DNA of 62,000 nucleotides from Wallemia ichthyophaga EXF-994 (lineage: Eukaryota; Fungi; Basidiomycota): the NCBI RefSeq assembly GCF_000400465.1, contig NW_008806281.1, positions 20,001-82,000 on the forward strand, in the 5' to 3' direction. Position 1 is the first letter of the stretch. Each line of letters starts with the position of its first letter. Below the pieces are notes generated by a model. It was not told the DNA's origin and did no database searches. It saw nothing but the letters and a program-made list of their open reading frames with translations. The translations under genes and the position numbers were made by a program. Positions 58,601 through 62,000 of the stretch are shown in pieces.

Positions 58601-61600
58601 GAGATTGCTTGACGTCTGGTTGCTTCACATCGACGTGTGGCTGATCAACCTTTTTGAAGTTCCCGTCAACCTTGCCATGGTCCTCACGAGATTGCTTGAC
58701 GTCTGGTTGCTTCACATCGACGTGTGGCTGATCAACCTTTTTGAAGTTCCCGTCAACCTTGCCATGGTCCTCACGAGATTGCTTGACGTCTGGTTGCTTC
58801 ACATCGACGTGTGGCTGATCAACCTTTTTGAAGTTCCCGTCAACCTTGCCATGGTCCTCACGAGATTGCTTGACGTCTGGTTGCTTCACATCGACGTGTG
58901 GCTGATCAACCTTTTTGAAGTTCCCGTCAACCTTGCCATGGTCCTCACGAGATTGCTTGACGTCTGGTTGCTTCACATCGACGTGTGGCTGATCAACCTT
59001 TTTGAAGTTCCCGTCAACCTTGCCATGGTCCTCACGAGATTGCTTGACGTCTGGTTGCTTCACATCGACGTGTGGCTGATCAACCTTTTTGAAGTTCCCG
59101 TCAACCTTGCCATGGTCCTCACGAGATTGCTTGACGTCTGGTTGCTTCTTGTCGACCTTAGGAGATTCTAAAACGTCTATAAGCTTGGTTGAGAATTTCA
59201 AACTATAATTAAACTCACCATCAACCTTGCCATGGTCCTCACGAGGTTGCTTGACGTCTGGTTGCTTCACATCGACGTGTGGCTGGTCAACCTTTTTGTA
59301 GTTCACGTCAACCTTGCCATGGTCCTCACGCGATTGCTTGACGTTTGGTTGCTTCTTGTCGACCTTCGACTTGTCTTCTGTACCACCTACCAGCTTTGTC
59401 CACATCCTAGCGAATAAACCATTCGAATTGAGAAGCTGAGATTCTGTACCGCTCTCAATAACCTTACCGCCTTGAATGTAGAATATCACATCTGACTTGG
59501 TGATTGTTGAGATCCTGTTCGAGATAATAATTGTCGTTCTAGTTACGCTCAACTCCGCAAACAAAGCTTGGATCTCCTTCTCGGTGTCATCATCCAACTC
59601 CAAGCTAGTCACATCGAAGCAGAAGATTGGTGCATCTTTCAACAATGCTCTAGCTATGGCTATACGCAATTTATCACCACCGTTCAATGTGATACCTTCA
59701 TCACCGATTCTGGTATCGTAGCCGTATTGGAATGAAAGTACCTTGTCGTGTAACTTAGCAACTTTACAGGCGCTTACGATCTCTTCCTTAGTAGCGCTTT
59801 CGTTACCATACTTTAAGTTGAAGGTGAAGGTCTCGTTGAATAATGGGCAAACTTGCGAGATGATGGCAATGTGTTTTCTGAGTGACTGAAGCTTCATGTC
59901 TCTGACATCAATACCATTAATGCTGATAGAACCTTTGCCGACATCGTGGAAGCGATAAAGCAAGTCTAATATCGTATTATTTCCACTGTCACCGTCACTG
60001 AAGAGCGTAATGGTCTTGCCAGTGGGAACTTCAAACGATAAGCCTTGCAGTGCATTGTCAGAGTCGTAGCTGAAAACGACATTATCGAATTTAATGACAG
60101 GTTGGCGAGTATCGAACGTGATGGCGTCAGGCTTATCAGAAACAAAGCTAAACCAGTCAAGTGACTCGATCAAAAAATTACCACCGAAGACAGAAACACC
60201 GTTGAATATACTACCATAATGACCAGGAAGCTCGAAAAGTGGTTGTTTCACGTCCAGGTTTGGCAGATGAACCCTCTTGAAAGACCAGTCAATCTTGCCA
60301 TGGTCCTCACGAGATTGCTTGACGTCTGGTTGCTTCACATCGACGTGTGGCTGATCAACCTTTTTGTAGTTCACGTCAACCTTGCCATGGTCCTCACGCG
60401 ATTGCTTGACGTCTGGTTGCTTCACATCGACGTGTGGCTGATCAACCTTTTTGTAGTTCACGTCAACCTTGCCATGGTCCTCACGCGATTGCTTGACGTC
60501 TGGTTGCTTCACATCGACGTGTGGCTGATCAACCTTTTTGTAGTTCACGTCAACCTTGCCATGGTCCTCACGCGATTGCTTGACGTCTGGTTGCTTCACA
60601 TCGACGTGTGGCTGATCAACCTTTTTGTAGTTCACGTCAACCTTGCCATGGTCCTCACGCGATTGCTTGACGTCTGGTTGCTTCACATCGACGTGTGGCT
60701 GATCAACCTTTTTGTAGTTCACGTCAACCTTGCCATGGTCCTCACGCGATTGCTTGACGTCTGGTTGCTTCACATCGACGTGTGGCTGATCAACCTTTTT
60801 GTAGTTCACGTCAACCTTGCCATGGTCCTCACGCGATTGCTTGACGTTTGGTTGCTTCTTGTCGACCTTCGACTTGTCTTCTGTACCACCTACCAGCTTT
60901 GTCCACATCCTAGCGAATAAACCATTCGAATTGAGAAGCTGAGATTCTGTACCGCTCTCAATAACCTTACCGCCTTGAATGTAGAATATCACATCTGACT
61001 TGGTGATTGTTGAGATCCTGTTCGAGATAATAATTGTCGTTCTAGTTACGCTCAACTCCGCAAACAAAGCTTGGATCTCCTTCTCGGTGTCATCATCCAA
61101 CTCCAAGCTAGTCACATCGAAGCAGAAGATTGGTGCATCTTTCAACAATGCTCTAGCTATGGCTATACGCAATTTATCACCACCGTTCAATGTGATACCT
61201 TCATCACCGATTCTGGTATCGTAGCCGTATTGGAATGAAAGTACCTTGTCGTGTAACTTAGCAACTTTACAGGCGCTTACGATCTCTTCCTTAGTAGCGC
61301 TTTCGTTACCATACTTTAAGTTGAAGGTGAAGGTCTCGTTGAATAATGGGCAAACTTGCGAGATGATGGCAATGTGTTTTCTGAGTGACTGAAGCTTCAT
61401 GTCTCTGACATCAATACCATTAATGCTGATAGAACCTTTGCCGACATCGTGGAAGCGATAAAGCAAGTCTAATATCGTATTATTTCCACTGTCACCGTCA
61501 CTGAAGAGCGTAATGGTCTTGCCAGTGGGAACTTCAAACGATAAGCCTTGCAGTGCATTGTCAGAGTCGTAGCTGAAAACGACATTATCGAATTTAATGA

Positions 61601-62000
61601 CAGGTTGGCGAGTATCGAACGTGATGGCGTCAGGCTTATCAGAAACAAAGCTAAACCAGTCAAGTGACTCGATCAAAAAATTACCACCGAAGACAGAAAC
61701 ACCGTTGAATATACTACCATAATGACCAGGAAGCTCGAAAAGTGGTTGTTTCACGTCCAGGTTTGGCAGATGAACCCTCTTGAAAGACCAGTCAATCTTG
61801 CCATGGTCCTCACGAGGTTGCTTGACGTCTGGTTGCTTCACATCGACGTGTGGCTGATCAACCTTTTTGAAGTTCCCGTCAACCTTGCCATGGTCCTCAC
61901 GAGATTGCTTGACGTCTGGTTGCTTCACATCGACGTGTGGCTGATCAACCTTTTTGAAGTTCCCGTCAACCTTGCCATGGTCCTCACGAGATTGCTTGAC
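55674..62000 (-). CDS. Giant repeat protein (at least ~2,090 aa, 5' end outside the window): four or more catalytically dead ABCB-type NBDs separated by 29-aa repeat arrays
   Basis: The 57171-61928 frame is open to the window edge and splices via a 51-nt intron (57152-57202, GTATGT...TCTCAG) in frame into the 55674-57059 ORF. NBD copies at ~55830-56650, 57243-58063, 59388-60208 and 60891-61711. Confidence 0.85.
58146..59146 (-). repeat. 87-bp coding tandem repeat, 11 units (REDHGKVDGNFKKVDQPHVDVKQPDVKQS)
   Basis: Unit length counted directly as 87 bp. Unit number derived from the 365-aa antisense ORF (319 aa = 11 x 29). Confidence 0.97.
60291..60856 (-). repeat. 87-bp coding tandem repeat, 6 units of the VDVNYKK variant
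   Basis: The 233-aa antisense ORF contains 6 x 29-aa units. Units differ from the 11-mer block at GNF->VNY. Confidence 0.96.
61794..62000 (-). repeat. 87-bp coding tandem repeat (GNF variant), at least 2 units, continuing beyond the window
   Basis: Same unit as 58146-59146, cut by the window edge. Confidence 0.95.

Larger units (their letters stand above)
55830..61711 (-). repeat. Four near-identical ~0.83-kb ABC-NBD modules (periods 1413, 2145 and 1503 bp)
   Basis: The ORF track shows the same 74-aa and 64-aa shadow ORFs recurring at 55939/57352/59497/61000 and 56408/57821/59966/61469. Translations are identical by eye apart from FATMW vs FARMW. Confidence 0.97.

Noticed and set aside
58074-60920. 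Long hydrophobic plus-strand ORFs (365 aa and 233 aa) of VLTRLLDVWLLHIDVWLINL repeats
   Set aside because: These are antisense shadows. One stop-free 87-bp unit repeated in tandem automatically yields a long ORF, and the minus frame is continuous with the ABC domains.
55830-61711. Functional ABC transporter
   Set aside because: No transmembrane domain is in view, and the Walker A Lys, Walker B Glu and H-loop His are all replaced in every copy.
58146-62000. CRISPR-like appearance of the regular repeats
   Set aside because: Units are contiguous 87-bp repeats without unique spacers, are in-frame coding, and lie in an intron-containing eukaryotic genome with no cas genes.

Overview
Gene-dense eukaryotic DNA with ~50-nt GT-AG introns and very short intergenic gaps. 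The fused trpA-trpB gene, intron style and compaction suggest a compact basidiomycete genome, Wallemia-like (inference only). Bases 1-50.4 kb are mostly housekeeping genes: His-phosphatase, TRP5, three tandem MFS paralogues, SWC4, an NCS1 permease, IRC3-like helicase, M16 peptidase, OHCU decarboxylase, DLD2, TatD, SEC9, RPL38, bL31m, a BTB protein, GLY1, PEP3/VPS18, TPD3, an arrestin, G6P 1-epimerase, a Siz/PIAS ligase, NRDE2 and an AKAP7-like 2H protein. From ~50.4 kb the region looks accessory: two tRNA genes, an orphan gene, a decayed LINE just upstream of tRNA-Val, a probable Myb pseudogene, and a spliced gene of at least 2,090 codons that runs off the window. That gene is built from four near-identical, catalytically dead ABCB-type (Atm1/Hmt1-like) nucleotide-binding domains with no transmembrane domain in view, joined by arrays of a 29-aa (87-bp) charged repeat. 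Other standouts are a Siz/PIAS SP-RING lacking all four zinc ligands (U-box-like), an almost fully base-paired long intron in RPL38, and divergent start codons only 21 and 42 bp apart.
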